Source of the DNA: Dehalococcoidia bacterium
Lineage (GTDB): Bacteria > Chloroflexota > Dehalococcoidia > Plut-88900
Reading direction: 5' to 3'
Assembly: GCA_965197645.1 (NCBI GenBank)
Contig: OZ240219.1
Location: 1,984,001-2,048,000, forward strand
DNA: 64,000 nt
The notes beneath the pieces were generated by a model. The model saw only the letters and a list, made by a program, of their open reading frames with translations. It did not search any database and was not told where the DNA came from. Shown here piece by piece: positions 9,862 through 20,340 of the stretch. Every line of letters starts with the position of its first letter. The stretch's first letter is position 1. A program made the position numbers and the translations under genes.

Positions 9862-11652
9862 ATGTCGAAGTCAATCATTGGTCTGCTGGTGAGCGCCGCG
9901 GTTCTCGCCATGCTCCTGCCCGGATGTTCCGATGAGCCGACCCCTTCGCCGGTGGCCAGGGTTCTTCCTAGCGCCACTGCTACACCGATATCCGTTCCTT
10001 CGGCAACGGCCACTCAGACCGCCACGTCCACAGCCACTCCGACGCCCGTTCCCACGGCAACGCCCACTCAGACCGCTACGCCCGCAGCCACTCCGACACC
10101 CGTTCCCACGGCAACGGCCACTCAGACCGCCACGTCCACAGCCACTCCGACGCCCGTTCCCACGGCAACGCCCACTCAGACCGCTACGCCCGCAGACACT
10201 CCGACACCCGTTCCCACGGCAACAGCCACTCAGACCGCCACGTCCACAGCCACTCCGACGCCCGTTCCCACGGCAACGCCCACTCAGACCGCTACGCCCA
10301 CCGCCACAGCAACCTCAGAGGCGACTGCAACGGCGACACCTGCGCCTGAAGCACGCGATCTCTACCGGGCGATTCGTGAGGGTAATCGTGACGCTGTTCG
10401 TAATCTCGTGGCCGCCGGCATGGATGTTAACGCAACAGTTCAAGAAAGTTCAGGCCTCTTAAATCCCTCGAGCCAAACCGGGCCGCTCCTCTACTGGGCG
10501 ATTCGGAACGGCGACCCTGAAATTGTCTGGATTCTCGTGGACGCAGGCGCGGATGTTAACGCTACATTTCGACTACGTTCAAGCAGCCTGTTCGGCTTAA
10601 TCGATTCAAGCACCACGGTCACCGCACTCCTTGACTATGCGATTCGGGGAGGCAAGGTTGAAATTACCCGGATTCTCGTGGACGCAGGCGCGAAGTACGA
10701 CGATGGCGTGGACCCTCTGCATCTTGCGGCTGAATACAAACAAACTAAGAAACAAGATGCACTGAATTGGGCACTGCTGAATGCGGTGGAAGACATGGAT
10801 CTGGCAAAGGTCCAAGCGCTACTGGTCGAAGGAGCCGACATAAATGGGAAGGTCCATGGCCAGACGCCACTGCAGATAGCTGCGGAAAGCAACGAAAACC
10901 CGCTGGTGATCCAGGCTTTGCTGGACGCCGGGGCCGATATCAATGCGAAGGACGTATGGGGCCAGACGCCACTGCAGATAGCTGCGGAAGGCAACGAAAA
11001 CCCGCTGGTGATCCAGGCTTTGCTGGACGCCGGGGCCGATATCAATGCGAAGGACACATGGGGCCAGACGCCACTGCAGATAGCTGCGGAAAGCAACGAA
11101 AACCCGCTGGTGATCCAGGCTTTGCTGGACGCCGGGGCCGATATCAATGCGAAGGACGTATGGGGCCAGACGCCACTGCAGATAGCTGCGGAAGGCAACG
11201 AAAACCCGCTGGTGATCCAGGCTTTGCTGGACGCCGGGGCCGATATCAATGCGAAGGACACATGGGGCCAGACGCCACTGCAGATAGCTGCGGAAAGCAA
11301 CGAAAACCCGCTGGTGATCCAGGCTTTGCTGGACGCCGGGGCCGATATCAATGCGAAGGACACATGGGGCCAGACGCCACTGCACCATGCGGCGGGAAGC
11401 AACGAAAACCCGCCGGTGATCCAGGCTTTGCTGGACGCCGGGGCCGATATCAATGCGAAGGACACATGGGGCCAGACGCCACTGCAGATAGCTGCGGCAA
11501 GCAACGAAAACCCGCTGGTGATCCAGGCTTTGCTGGACGCCGGGGCCGATATCAATGCGAAGGACACATGGGGCCAGACGCCTCTGGAAGTAGCAAAGGA
11601 CGAAAGAAACTCTGAGGCCAGCAAGTTGCTTGAAGAAGCGGCTGCTTCTTGA
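9862..11652 (+). CDS. Ankyrin-repeat lipoprotein
   Basis: Lipobox LLPGC, repeated Pro/Thr linker, GQTPL..AA...[12 protein letters not shown] repeats. Start chosen by homology with the sister lipoproteins. Confidence 0.9.
   Translation: MSKSIIGLLVSAAVLAMLLPGCSDEPTPSPVARVLPSATATPISVPSATATQTATSTATPTPVPTATPTQTATPAATPTPVPTATATQTATSTATPTPVPTATPTQTATPADTPTPVPTATATQTATSTATPTPVPTATPTQTATPTATATSEATATATPAPEARDLYRAIREGNRDAVRNLVAAGMDVNATVQESSGLLNPSSQTGPLLYWAIRNGDPEIVWILVDAGADVNATFRLRSSSLFGLIDSSTTVTALLDYAIRGGKVEITRILVDAGAKYDDGVDPLHLAAEYKQTKKQDALNWALLNAVEDMDLAKVQALLVEGADINGKVHGQTPLQIAAESNENPLVIQALLDAGADINAKDVWGQTPLQIAAEGNENPLVIQALLDAGADINAKDTWGQTPLQIAAESNENPLVIQALLDAGADINAKDVWGQTPLQIAAEGNENPLVIQALLDAGADINAKDTWGQTPLQIAAESNENPLVIQALLDAGADINAKDTWGQTPLHHAAGSNENPPVIQALLDAGADINAKDTWGQTPLQIAAASNENPLVIQALLDAGADINAKDTWGQTPLEVAKDERNSEASKLLEEAAAS
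10858..11571 (+). repeat. Seven near-identical 102-bp tandem units (34-aa ankyrin repeats)
   Basis: Units begin ggccagacgccactgc; 7 x 102 bp spans 10858-11571 exactly. Confidence 0.9.
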
Positions 11653-11741
11653 AGCAACCTGCCTTTGCCCACCATCACATCTGGCCTGTGACAGGTCAAG
11701 GGATGCCGGGCTGACAAGTTTAAGGAAAGGACGTGGAAGCA

Positions 11742-14405
11742 ATGTCAAAGTCAATCATTGGTCTGGTGCTGAGCATCGCAGTATTCGCCATCCTGCTAAC
11801 CGGGTGTTCCGATGAGCCAGATCCCATTCCTTCAAACGGGACCGATTCTAGCACCACCTCATCGGAAGCTACGGAAGCTGCAACGCCCGCAGACACGTCG
11901 ACTGCCGCCGCACCAAAGACCAAGTCCGCCGGGGAGTTCGCCTCGGTCAGCGCGGGGGAAAGACACACCTGCGGGGTGAGGAGCGATGGCTCCGTTGAAT
12001 GCTGGGGCTGGGATGTATTTGGCCAATCCATGCCTCCGTCAGGGGAGTTTGTGTCGGTCAGCGCCGGGGAGGGCCACACCTGCGGGTTGAGGCGGGATGG
12101 CTCCGTCGAGTGCTGGGGATTGAATTTCTTTGGTCAAGCCACCCCGCCGTCCGCGGAGTTCTCCTCCATCAGCGCCGGATGGAACCACACCTGCGGGGTG
12201 ACGAGGGATGGTTCCGTCGAGTGTTGGGGCTCGAATTTCTATGGTCAAGCCACGCCGCCGTCCGCGGAGTTCGCCTCCGTCAGCGCGGGGGCATTCCACA
12301 CCTGCGGAGTCAAGCTTGACAGCTCCGTCACCTGCTGGGGGTCCAATGAAGGCGACTTTGGAGCGGAGCTTGGGCAGGCCACGCCGCCGTCAGGGGAATT
12401 CGCCTCGATCAGTGCCGGAGGATTCCACACCTGCGGAATGAGGACCGACGGCTCCGTCGAGTGTTGGGGAGACAACGCTGATGGCCGGACCACACCGCCG
12501 TCAGGGGAATTCGCCTTGATCAATGCTGGGGGATTCCACACCTGTGGGGTGAAGCGCGACGGCTCCGTCGAATGCTGGGGTCATGATGGCTATGGCCGGA
12601 CCACGCCGCCGTCCGGGGAGTTCGCCTCGGTCAGCGCCGGGGGGTTCCACACCTGCGGGGTGAGACCCGACGGCTCCGTCGAATGCTGGGGTCATGATGG
12701 CTATGGCCACGCCACTCCGCCGTCCGGGGAGTTCACCTCCGTCAGCGCCAGCAATGTCCACACCTGTGGGGTGAGGACCGACGGCTCCGTCGAATGCTGG
12801 GGCAATGATGATAACGGCGAGGCCACTCCGCCGTCCGGGGAGTTCACTTCGGTCAGCGCTGGGGAGTTCCACACCTGCGGAGTGATGCGCGACGGCTCCG
12901 TCGCCTGCTGGGGCGATGATGAACATGGCGAGGCCACTCCGCCGTCCGGGGAGTTCGCCTCGGTCACCGCCGGGGGGTTCCACACCTGCGGTGTGAGGAC
13001 CGACGGCTCCGTCGAATGCTGGGGCAATGATGATAACGGCCAGGCCACTCCGCCGTCCGGGGAGTTCGCCTCGGTCACCGCCGGGGGGTTCCACACCTGC
13101 GGGGTGAAGGCCGACGGCGGCGTCGAATGCTGGGACAATGATGATAGCGGCGAGGCCACTCCGCCGTCCGGGGCGTTCGCCTCGGTCAGCGTCGGATGGA
13201 ACCACACCTGCGGGGTGAGGACCGACGGCTCCGTCGAATGCTGGGGCCGCGACAAATATGGAGAAGCCAAGCCTCCGTCCGGGGAATTTACCTCTGTCAG
13301 TGCTGGGGTCCGGCACACCTGCGGGGTGAGGACCGACGGTTCAGTCGAATGCTGGGGCTCCAACGAAAATTCCGATGAACACGAGGTTGGCCAAGCCACG
13401 CCGCCGTCCGGGGAGTTCGCCTCGGTCAGCGCTGGGGCGTTCCACACCTGCGGGGTGAGGCGGGACGGCTCCATCGCGTGCTGGGGTGAACAGGCCCGCG
13501 GGCTGACGGCTCCGCAAGGAGAAGCCAAAGCGGAGCAAGTAGAGTTCATCTCGGTCAGCGCCGGGTTTTTTCACATCTGCGGGGTGAGGACCGACGGCGC
13601 CGTGGAATGCTGGGGACTCAACGAGGATGACAAGGGCAATGTTGTTGGTCAGGCCACACCGCCGTCCGGGGAGTTCGCCTCGGTCAGCGCCGGGGGAGGC
13701 CACACCTGCGGGGTGAGGACCGACGGTTCAGTCGAATGCTGGGGACTCAACGAGGATGGCGAGGCTGCGCCGCCGTCCGGGGAGTTCACCTCCGTCAGCG
13801 CCGGGGCGTTCCACACCTGCGGGGTAAGGCGCGACGGCACCGTCGAGTGCTGGGGATTCAACGAGGATCACGAGGGCAATGTTGTTGGTCAGGCCACGCC
13901 GCCGTCCGGGGAGTTCGCCTCGGTCAGCGCCGGGACGTTCCACACCTGCGGGGTGAGGACCGACGGCGCCGTCGAGTGCTGGGGATTCAACGAGGATGGG
14001 GACAGCAATGTTGTTGGTCAAGCCACGCCGCCGTCCGGGGAGTTCGCCTCGGTCAGCGCCGGGTTTTTCCATACCTGCGGGGTGAGGACCGATGGCGCAG
14101 TCGAATGCTGGGGCTTCAACAAGGATGACAAGGGCAATGTTGTTGGTCAGGCCACACCGCCGTCCGGGGAGTTCGCCTCGGTCAGCGCCGGGACGTTCCA
14201 CACCTGCGGGGTGAGGGCCGACGGCTCCGTCGAATGCTGGGGCTCTAATGATGATTTCGGCGGCAATGTTGTTGGTCAAGCTACTCCACCGCCAGGGGAG
14301 TTCGCTTCGGTCAGCGCCAGGTGGCTCCACACCTGCGGGGTGAGGACCGACGGCTCTGTCGAATGCTGGGGGTTAAACGAGGATGGCCAAGCCACTCTGC
14401 CCTAA
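11742..14405 (+). CDS. RCC1/BLIP-II-like beta-propeller lipoprotein, 21 blades
   Basis: Lipobox LLTGC; 21 SVSAG..HTCG..DGSVECWG repeats arranged 14 + linker + 7. Confidence 0.9.
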   Translation: MSKSIIGLVLSIAVFAILLTGCSDEPDPIPSNGTDSSTTSSEATEAATPADTSTAAAPKTKSAGEFASVSAGERHTCGVRSDGSVECWGWDVFGQSMPPSGEFVSVSAGEGHTCGLRRDGSVECWGLNFFGQATPPSAEFSSISAGWNHTCGVTRDGSVECWGSNFYGQATPPSAEFASVSAGAFHTCGVKLDSSVTCWGSNEGDFGAELGQATPPSGEFASISAGGFHTCGMRTDGSVECWGDNADGRTTPPSGEFALINAGGFHTCGVKRDGSVECWGHDGYGRTTPPSGEFASVSAGGFHTCGVRPDGSVECWGHDGYGHATPPSGEFTSVSASNVHTCGVRTDGSVECWGNDDNGEATPPSGEFTSVSAGEFHTCGVMRDGSVACWGDDEHGEATPPSGEFASVTAGGFHTCGVRTDGSVECWGNDDNGQATPPSGEFASVTAGGFHTCGVKADGGVECWDNDDSGEATPPSGAFASVSVGWNHTCGVRTDGSVECWGRDKYGEAKPPSGEFTSVSAGVRHTCGVRTDGSVECWGSNENSDEHEVGQATPPSGEFASVSAGAFHTCGVRRDGSIACWGEQARGLTAPQGEAKAEQVEFISVSAGFFHICGVRTDGAVECWGLNEDDKGNVVGQATPPSGEFASVSAGGGHTCGVRTDGSVECWGLNEDGEAAPPSGEFTSVSAGAFHTCGVRRDGTVECWGFNEDHEGNVVGQATPPSGEFASVSAGTFHTCGVRTDGAVECWGFNEDGDSNVVGQATPPSGEFASVSAGFFHTCGVRTDGAVECWGFNKDDKGNVVGQATPPSGEFASVSAGTFHTCGVRADGSVECWGSNDDFGGNVVGQATPPPGEFASVSARWLHTCGVRTDGSVECWGLNEDGQATLP

Positions 14406-14573
14406 TATCGGTGTTGCCAGGCCCACTTGCCAGGATCCGAAATGGTTTCGCACGCTCTCTCGACTAATGAAGCACAATCTAGATTGAGACTTCCCACCGA
14501 AAAGTTCGCAGTACATTACACTCTGGCCCACGTGGAGAGGCTCGAAATCCCCGTAAGGATCTCTGTGCCCATG

Positions 14574-14635
14574 CTCACAGAGCCCCCAACCACAACTCGA
14601 AGATAGTTCCACCTACCATCCACTTAGGCCCACCC
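14574..14635 (-). repeat. att-like / recombinase-tail scar, copy 2
   Basis: Minus strand reads GGPKWMVGGTIFELWLGAL*; ctcacagagcc(c)ccaaccaca..tcgaaga shared with copy 1. Confidence 0.5.
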
Positions 14636-14889
14636 AGCCGAACAGGCAATGGACGTAGCGGCCGATATGCTACTGGACAAGGTATAAGTAACGGGGTACG
14701 CTCTAAGCTCCTCCTCTCTAGTAGAGCGGACCACTCCGCTGATTTTCTAGCCAGTACTTGAAGCCATCGATAGCGGGTCTGCTGGGAACCGGCATACGGA
14801 GAGAACCCTCCCCAACCGGCTGGTGGATGACGATCACCCCCCCGCGTGATTCGTTTGTAGAAGTGGACGCCAATACCGGAGAATGACCG

Positions 14890-16746
14890 ATGTCGACTGA
14901 AGAGACGATCAAGAAAACTCTGCAACGCACGATGCTGGAAGCCCTATCCGACTCTCGGGTTCAGGCGCTTCTGTCCGGTGACATGGCTCCTGGAGACCTG
15001 CGGAAGTTTTTCCGCAACTTTATCGTCACACACCTGAACTCGGTCCAGATACTCTCGTTCCTGTTTGCTGTAGCTCCCCGGGAGCCCTCCGACCTTGTGA
15101 AGGGGAACCTGCTGGAGGAGATGGGGCTGGATGGGGGGGAGACGTCCCACCCGGAGATGCTGATAGACCTAGCGCGAGGAGTCGGCTTTTCCGAGGAGGA
15201 TATGGTGCGGCTCAAAACCGAGGCGGAAGAAGAGCGCCGGGTGTTCGGATCGGAGAGGATGCCTTACGAAAGCCTGAGGGACCTGGGGTTCTCGATGTTA
15301 CTCGAGACCGTCACATTTGAGACTTTCCTGTCTCGGGCCAGCGATAAGATAGCCGAGTCGATGACCCGCCACTACGGCCTTTCCCAACAGGACGTGCAGT
15401 GGTTCACTTTGCACGGGGAAGTCGATGCTCGCCACGTCGAAGAAGGCAAACGCACGATTCAAGGCTACATCTCGTACTACGAGTTTCGCCCGGACGAAGT
15501 TGAGGGAATCTTGGCGAAGACGTTCGAACGGAACGTCGTCCTGAAGCGGTACTTCCCGGTAAACCCCAAGTCTGGTCGTAGGCCGGCCCGGGTCGAGAGC
15601 CTAGAGGTGTTGCCTCTGCAAATCCCCTTCAACCGAGCCTTCGTCCATTCCAAGACCAGCCGCTCGACAAGCGACTCCGTCATCGTTCGGCTGACGAGCG
15701 GCGACGGGGTCAAGGGGTACGGGGAAGGGCTGCCGAGGCACTACGTGACGGGGGAGGACATAGCCGGAGTAGTAGAGACGCTAAGGGGCAAGCTGGGGCC
15801 GGAGGCGATGAAGCTGGATTTCGAGTTGGGCTTGGGGGCGGTGGAACAGGTCAGGTCTTTCATAGAGGAGCGGGTTGGGCGTGTACCAAGAGAGTCGGGC
15901 GTCGTGGCGTGGAACGCTACGCTGTGCGCATTGGAGTTGGCTTTGCTGGACTGGACGTTTAAGCGCTCCGGCGAGTCGATTGCCACATGGCTGAGCCCGA
16001 CCCGAGGACACGTGGCTTATACGGGCATTATAGACGCTTCGGACCCACAGGTAGCCCGCGCGATGGCAGAGCGGTACGTCCGGGCGGGGTTCAGGAATCT
16101 GAAGGTAAAGGTCGGGCTGGATGATGATGTTAGTCGAGTGAAAGCGGTCAGGGAGGCCGCAGGAGAAGATGTTGCTATCAGGGTTGATGCCAACGGCGCA
16201 TGGTCAGCCCCCGAGGCTGTCCTGGCTTTGAATCAGCTACGGATGTTTCGCATAACTGCAGTCGAGCAGCCGGCTCCTGCTTCCGATCTCAAAGGGATGA
16301 GGCGGGTGAGGGAAGAGACGGGCAACACCGTCATCGCTGATGAGTCGCTCGTTACTCTCGATGATGCCTTCGACCTCATCCGGGAGAAGGCTTGCGATGT
16401 GTTCAACGTTCGCATTTCCAAATGCGGGGGGTTGCTCTCTTCCTTGCGAATAGCTGAGCTTGCCCTGGAGTCGGGTATAAGGGTGCAGGTGGGGGCACAA
16501 GTGGGGGAGACTTCTATTCTGTCGGCGGCGGGGCGGCATCTCGCTGCCCATTTGCGGGAAGTGGAGTACGTGGAAGGCTCCTTCGGGACGCACCTTCTCA
16601 GCGGGGACATTACCAGGGATCCGGTCATGTTCGGCTACGAGGGCCGAGGAGGTTTGGTCTCTGGCCCCGGGCTGGGCGTCGATGTGGACGACGAGGCACT
16701 CGAAAGGTTTGCCGACGGCGTAGTACGGGTGGAAGGCGAAGGCTGA
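14890..16746 (+). CDS. Fusion of a heme-oxygenase-like diiron oxidase (CADD/PqqC/TenA fold) and an enolase-superfamily (MLE/Ala-Glu epimerase subgroup) domain
   Basis: N-part: EEMG..SHPE...E...HGEVDARH metal-ligand pattern. C-part: LKVKVG (KxK), RVDANG, EQP, ADES, SKCGG. Confidence 0.8.
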   Translation: MSTEETIKKTLQRTMLEALSDSRVQALLSGDMAPGDLRKFFRNFIVTHLNSVQILSFLFAVAPREPSDLVKGNLLEEMGLDGGETSHPEMLIDLARGVGFSEEDMVRLKTEAEEERRVFGSERMPYESLRDLGFSMLLETVTFETFLSRASDKIAESMTRHYGLSQQDVQWFTLHGEVDARHVEEGKRTIQGYISYYEFRPDEVEGILAKTFERNVVLKRYFPVNPKSGRRPARVESLEVLPLQIPFNRAFVHSKTSRSTSDSVIVRLTSGDGVKGYGEGLPRHYVTGEDIAGVVETLRGKLGPEAMKLDFELGLGAVEQVRSFIEERVGRVPRESGVVAWNATLCALELALLDWTFKRSGESIATWLSPTRGHVAYTGIIDASDPQVARAMAERYVRAGFRNLKVKVGLDDDVSRVKAVREAAGEDVAIRVDANGAWSAPEAVLALNQLRMFRITAVEQPAPASDLKGMRRVREETGNTVIADESLVTLDDAFDLIREKACDVFNVRISKCGGLLSSLRIAELALESGIRVQVGAQVGETSILSAAGRHLAAHLREVEYVEGSFGTHLLSGDITRDPVMFGYEGRGGLVSGPGLGVDVDDEALERFADGVVRVEGEG

Positions 16747-16748
16747 AT

Positions 16749-18407
16749 ATGTCGCTAATGTCCCAATTGTCTGGGCTAAAAGGGCGATGGTCGTGGCGCA
16801 GGTTCGAGCGTTCTGCCAAGCATCCTGAGGAATCCCAGTCGCGACTCCTTCAACGTATCCTGGAAGGCAACAGCGACACGGCCTACGGTAGGGCACACGG
16901 TTTTACGGAAATGAGGTCGGCCGAGGATTACAGGGGCGGTGTGCCCATCGGGGACTACGAGGCGTTTCGCCCGTGGGTCGAACGGCTTAAGGAGGGTGAA
17001 TGCAACATACTGACCGCTGAGGACCCGTACATGTTCAACCTGACAAGCGGCACAACCGGCCATCCGAAGTTCATCCCCGCTACCCGATCCACGGCGCAAA
17101 TGACCAAACGGTTGTCCCGGCTATGGCTATACCGGTGTCTCGTGGACCATGCCAAAGTGCTTGATCACAAGGCGCTGGTGATCGTGAGTCCGGCTATCGA
17201 GGGATATACGACCTGCGGCATTCCTTTTGGGTCGGCTTCCGGGAACATATACAGTAATGCGTCCTGGGTAATACGGCGACGGTACGCCATTCCCTATCCC
17301 GTGTTCACCATCAAGGATTACCAGGCCAAATACTATGCCATCATGCGGTTCGCCATCGAACAGCGGGTCTCCCTGGTCGCTACTCCCAGTCCTAGCACTG
17401 TCCTGAGGTTGGTTACGACGGTGGACACGCACCGAGACCAAATGATAAGGGACGTACATGACGGTACTCTCTCCAAGAACATAGACATCTCGTCAGAGGT
17501 GCGCGAGGAGGTCGAGGCAAGACTCGAACCGAACCCGAAGCGCGCTAGGGCATTGGAAAGGACCATTGAAGACACGGGATCACTCAGGCCTAAGGACTAC
17601 TGGCCGGAGTTGGCGTTGATCGGTTGCTGGAAGGGCGGGAGCGTGGGAGCTACTGTGGACAGTCTGCGTCCCTGGTTTCGGAAGGGAATGCCCTTTCGTG
17701 ACATCGGATATCTCTCCAGCGAGGCCTCCGTAACGCTTCCCACTGAGGACGAAGGATGTAGGGGAATCCCGGCCCTGGGTGCGAACTACTACGAGTTTAT
17801 CCCCGAGAACGAAATTGAGAGTGGCAACCCTTCCGTTCTAGGTGTTGAGGCGCTGGAGGACGGCGAGAGCTACTATATTCTCTTGACCTCACCCAATGGC
17901 CTCTACCGGTACGACATTAACGACGTTGTACGGGTTGCGGGTTACCATAACAGGACACCCTTGTTGGAGTTCATGCGGAAGGGTCGGGACATGATTAACC
18001 TGGAAGGTGAGAAGCTGCACGTGTCCCAGTTGATTCAGGCAGTTGAGGCGGCGCGGGAGTCCATGGGAATCGGCATTGAATACTACCGGGCCGTGGGGCG
18101 CGCCGAGGAGTCCCGGTACGCTTTGCAGATAGAGTTCAAGGCAAACCCGGTTGCAGACGAGGCAGTCGTTCGGCTTGGGCGAGCCATTGATGACAGCTTG
18201 TCGGGGCTGAACATCGAGTACAATCAGAAAAGACGGTCGCGGCGGCTTCATCCTCCCGCTGTGCAGGTGATGGCCCAGGGCTGGTCTTCGCGGCGACTAG
18301 AGGCCAAGCTTGGCCGAGCCGTTAGGGATGTCCAGTTCAAAGACGAGCTGCTGGGACTGCATGACGAAAACGACGGTGGTGAAGTGCAGAGAGAGCTCGA
18401 CATTTAG
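16749..18407 (+). CDS. GH3-family acyl-adenylate-forming amido synthetase
   Basis: Motifs TSGTTGHPKFIP, YLSSE and GLYRYDINDVV; starts 2 nt after the upstream stop. Confidence 0.9.
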   Translation: MSLMSQLSGLKGRWSWRRFERSAKHPEESQSRLLQRILEGNSDTAYGRAHGFTEMRSAEDYRGGVPIGDYEAFRPWVERLKEGECNILTAEDPYMFNLTSGTTGHPKFIPATRSTAQMTKRLSRLWLYRCLVDHAKVLDHKALVIVSPAIEGYTTCGIPFGSASGNIYSNASWVIRRRYAIPYPVFTIKDYQAKYYAIMRFAIEQRVSLVATPSPSTVLRLVTTVDTHRDQMIRDVHDGTLSKNIDISSEVREEVEARLEPNPKRARALERTIEDTGSLRPKDYWPELALIGCWKGGSVGATVDSLRPWFRKGMPFRDIGYLSSEASVTLPTEDEGCRGIPALGANYYEFIPENEIESGNPSVLGVEALEDGESYYILLTSPNGLYRYDINDVVRVAGYHNRTPLLEFMRKGRDMINLEGEKLHVSQLIQAVEAARESMGIGIEYYRAVGRAEESRYALQIEFKANPVADEAVVRLGRAIDDSLSGLNIEYNQKRRSRRLHPPAVQVMAQGWSSRRLEAKLGRAVRDVQFKDELLGLHDENDGGEVQRELDI

Positions 18408-19411
18408 GTCCTGTACAAGTCTCGTTGATGAACATGGTTGCCGTGTAATAGCAAAATGATGTTCGTTGAGCGTTTCGATGCAGTCGGCGTAGGAGTCGGC
18501 AGTGGCGCACTGTTAAGTGTGGACCGCCAAGGGCCAATTGACCCGGTAGCCTGATTGCGGTTTTACTCCGAGAAGCGCTATGAAGGTCTCTCTGGATGAA
18601 GCGTACGTCAAACTGAAGGCCATGACCGAAGCCGCAGACCTCCTTCGGAGACGATACCGTAGGGCTGACCGCGTTGGCACGTATACGTGAATCAAGCCAA
18701 CGGAATAGATTAACTGAGTCTACGGGACCAGCCTCGCCCGGCTGTACCGGGACGAAACATACCTGCGAGTTGAACAAATCCTGCACTGTACAGAGGGTGT
18801 AAGTCTAAGCCCACAGCCAGTCGAGGTCGGAGAAGGCGAGCTTCCGCTCGAAATTCTCGATGTTCACTCTTTGGAATCAATAAACACGGAAAACTCAGAT
18901 ACTCATGGGCGGTCGGTTTGGGTCCATTCAAGCCGGGGCGGATTTTTAGACAACAGTCTGCTGCGAGATGGCGAGGCCGCCGCAAACGGACTTCACGTCT
19001 CCTAGATGTCCATCTTCGGCTGCCAGCAACCTGTCCTTGGCCTACCCTTGCCTGAGGTCCTCATGCCGGCAGACCCTGTTCCGGTGCTGACCTGCAAATC
19101 TCTCGTGCTCAGGCCTGTACAGAAAATGGAGCAACGTCAAGTGGGTTGGTATAAGATAACGTGTGTTACAGAGGCTGGGTGCACGTCAAGAGCTGTTAGG
19201 CCTCATGGAGGAATTGACGATGTCACTTGAGATTCACGAATACGGCCATAGATATCGGCGAATCTGTTCGCAGATCCCTGAAGTCCAGTCTACCGGATGA
19301 AGGAAAAACCTGGTGGTCGACAGCAATCCGAGCATGCCCAGGCTCGCCTCTCACCAGACAGTTCCACTGTCATCCTATAGACTTCGAAAGTACACAGTGA
19401 GACTATAGACG

Positions 19412-20320
19412 ATGATTGAACGATTTGCAGGCCAAAAAGGGCGCAGCACTTCCATCGAGGCGCTTAGAAACCAGTCAGCACTCCTTGGAGAAGCTGGCCT
19501 TGGAGAGGCAGTCTACGATCAGGCTGAAATCCTTGGATTTGAGCCAGGCGAAACGATCATAGAAGAATCAGATCCAACCAACGACGTATACTTCATCCTG
19601 TCCGGAATCGTCTCGATTAGAGTAAATGGGCGGGAAATAGCTGTGAGAACACCTGGACAACACGTGGGGGAGATGGCTGTCCTGGATCCAGGGCAACGAA
19701 GATCCGCATCCGCCGTTGCAGAGGATGACGTGGTGGTCGCCCGCGTGGACGCGTTGACACTAACCACAATCGGTGAATCTTTTCCACAACTATGGAAAAA
19801 TATCGCCCGTCAGCTTTCTGAACGACTTCGGCAAAGGAACCGTCACGTTCTTCCCGTCAATCCTCGCCCCGTTCTGTTCGTGGGCTGTTCAACTGAGTCT
19901 CTCAATATTATTCGTGAAATCCAGATTGCCCTGGGCCACGACCCGATCATCGTCAAGCTGTGGACGGACGGCATCTTTAATGCTGGCAGCTTTCCACTAG
20001 AGTCTTTGGAGCGGGAGCTAGAAAAAGTCGATTTTGCCGTCCTCGTCCTTTCACCAGACGATATCGTGATTAGCCGAGACTCCGCAACCGATGCGCCTCG
20101 GGACAACATTGTGTTTGAGTTGGGATTCTTTATGGGGGCCTTGACTCGCTCGCGCACTTTCCTACTTGTTCCACGGGGCGTCGACTTCAAGCTGCCGACC
20201 GACTTGGTGGGAATAACTCCTTTGACGTACAGCCCTGAGATGGAGCCAGCTACTGCCGCCGCTGTGGCGGGGGCGTGCACGGAGTTGAGAAACCTCATAC
20301 TGGCAATCGGACCACGTTGA
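19412..20320 (+). CDS. pycTIR: Pycsar effector: cyclic-nucleotide-binding domain plus TIR (NADase-like) domain
   Basis: cNMP-binding motifs VYFILSG, GEMA, RRSASA; TIR-like LFVGCS...DFAVLVLSPDD...PRDNIVFELG...LPTDL. Confidence 0.88.
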   Translation: MIERFAGQKGRSTSIEALRNQSALLGEAGLGEAVYDQAEILGFEPGETIIEESDPTNDVYFILSGIVSIRVNGREIAVRTPGQHVGEMAVLDPGQRRSASAVAEDDVVVARVDALTLTTIGESFPQLWKNIARQLSERLRQRNRHVLPVNPRPVLFVGCSTESLNIIREIQIALGHDPIIVKLWTDGIFNAGSFPLESLERELEKVDFAVLVLSPDDIVISRDSATDAPRDNIVFELGFFMGALTRSRTFLLVPRGVDFKLPTDLVGITPLTYSPEMEPATAAAVAGACTELRNLILAIGPR

Positions 20321-20340
20321 GGTTTCTGGAAGATCAAACT

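Noticed and set aside
10858-14405. Regular direct repeats resembling a CRISPR array
   Set aside because: They are in-frame ankyrin and RCC1 coding repeats with no unique spacers, and no cas genes are present.
18580-19005. Protein-like + strand frame with three internal stops
   Set aside because: Probably a decayed gene, but no family could be recognised.
20275-20340. Upstream start for the cyclase given by the ORF track
   Set aside because: It overlaps the TIR gene; resemblance to PycC begins at ATG 20341.
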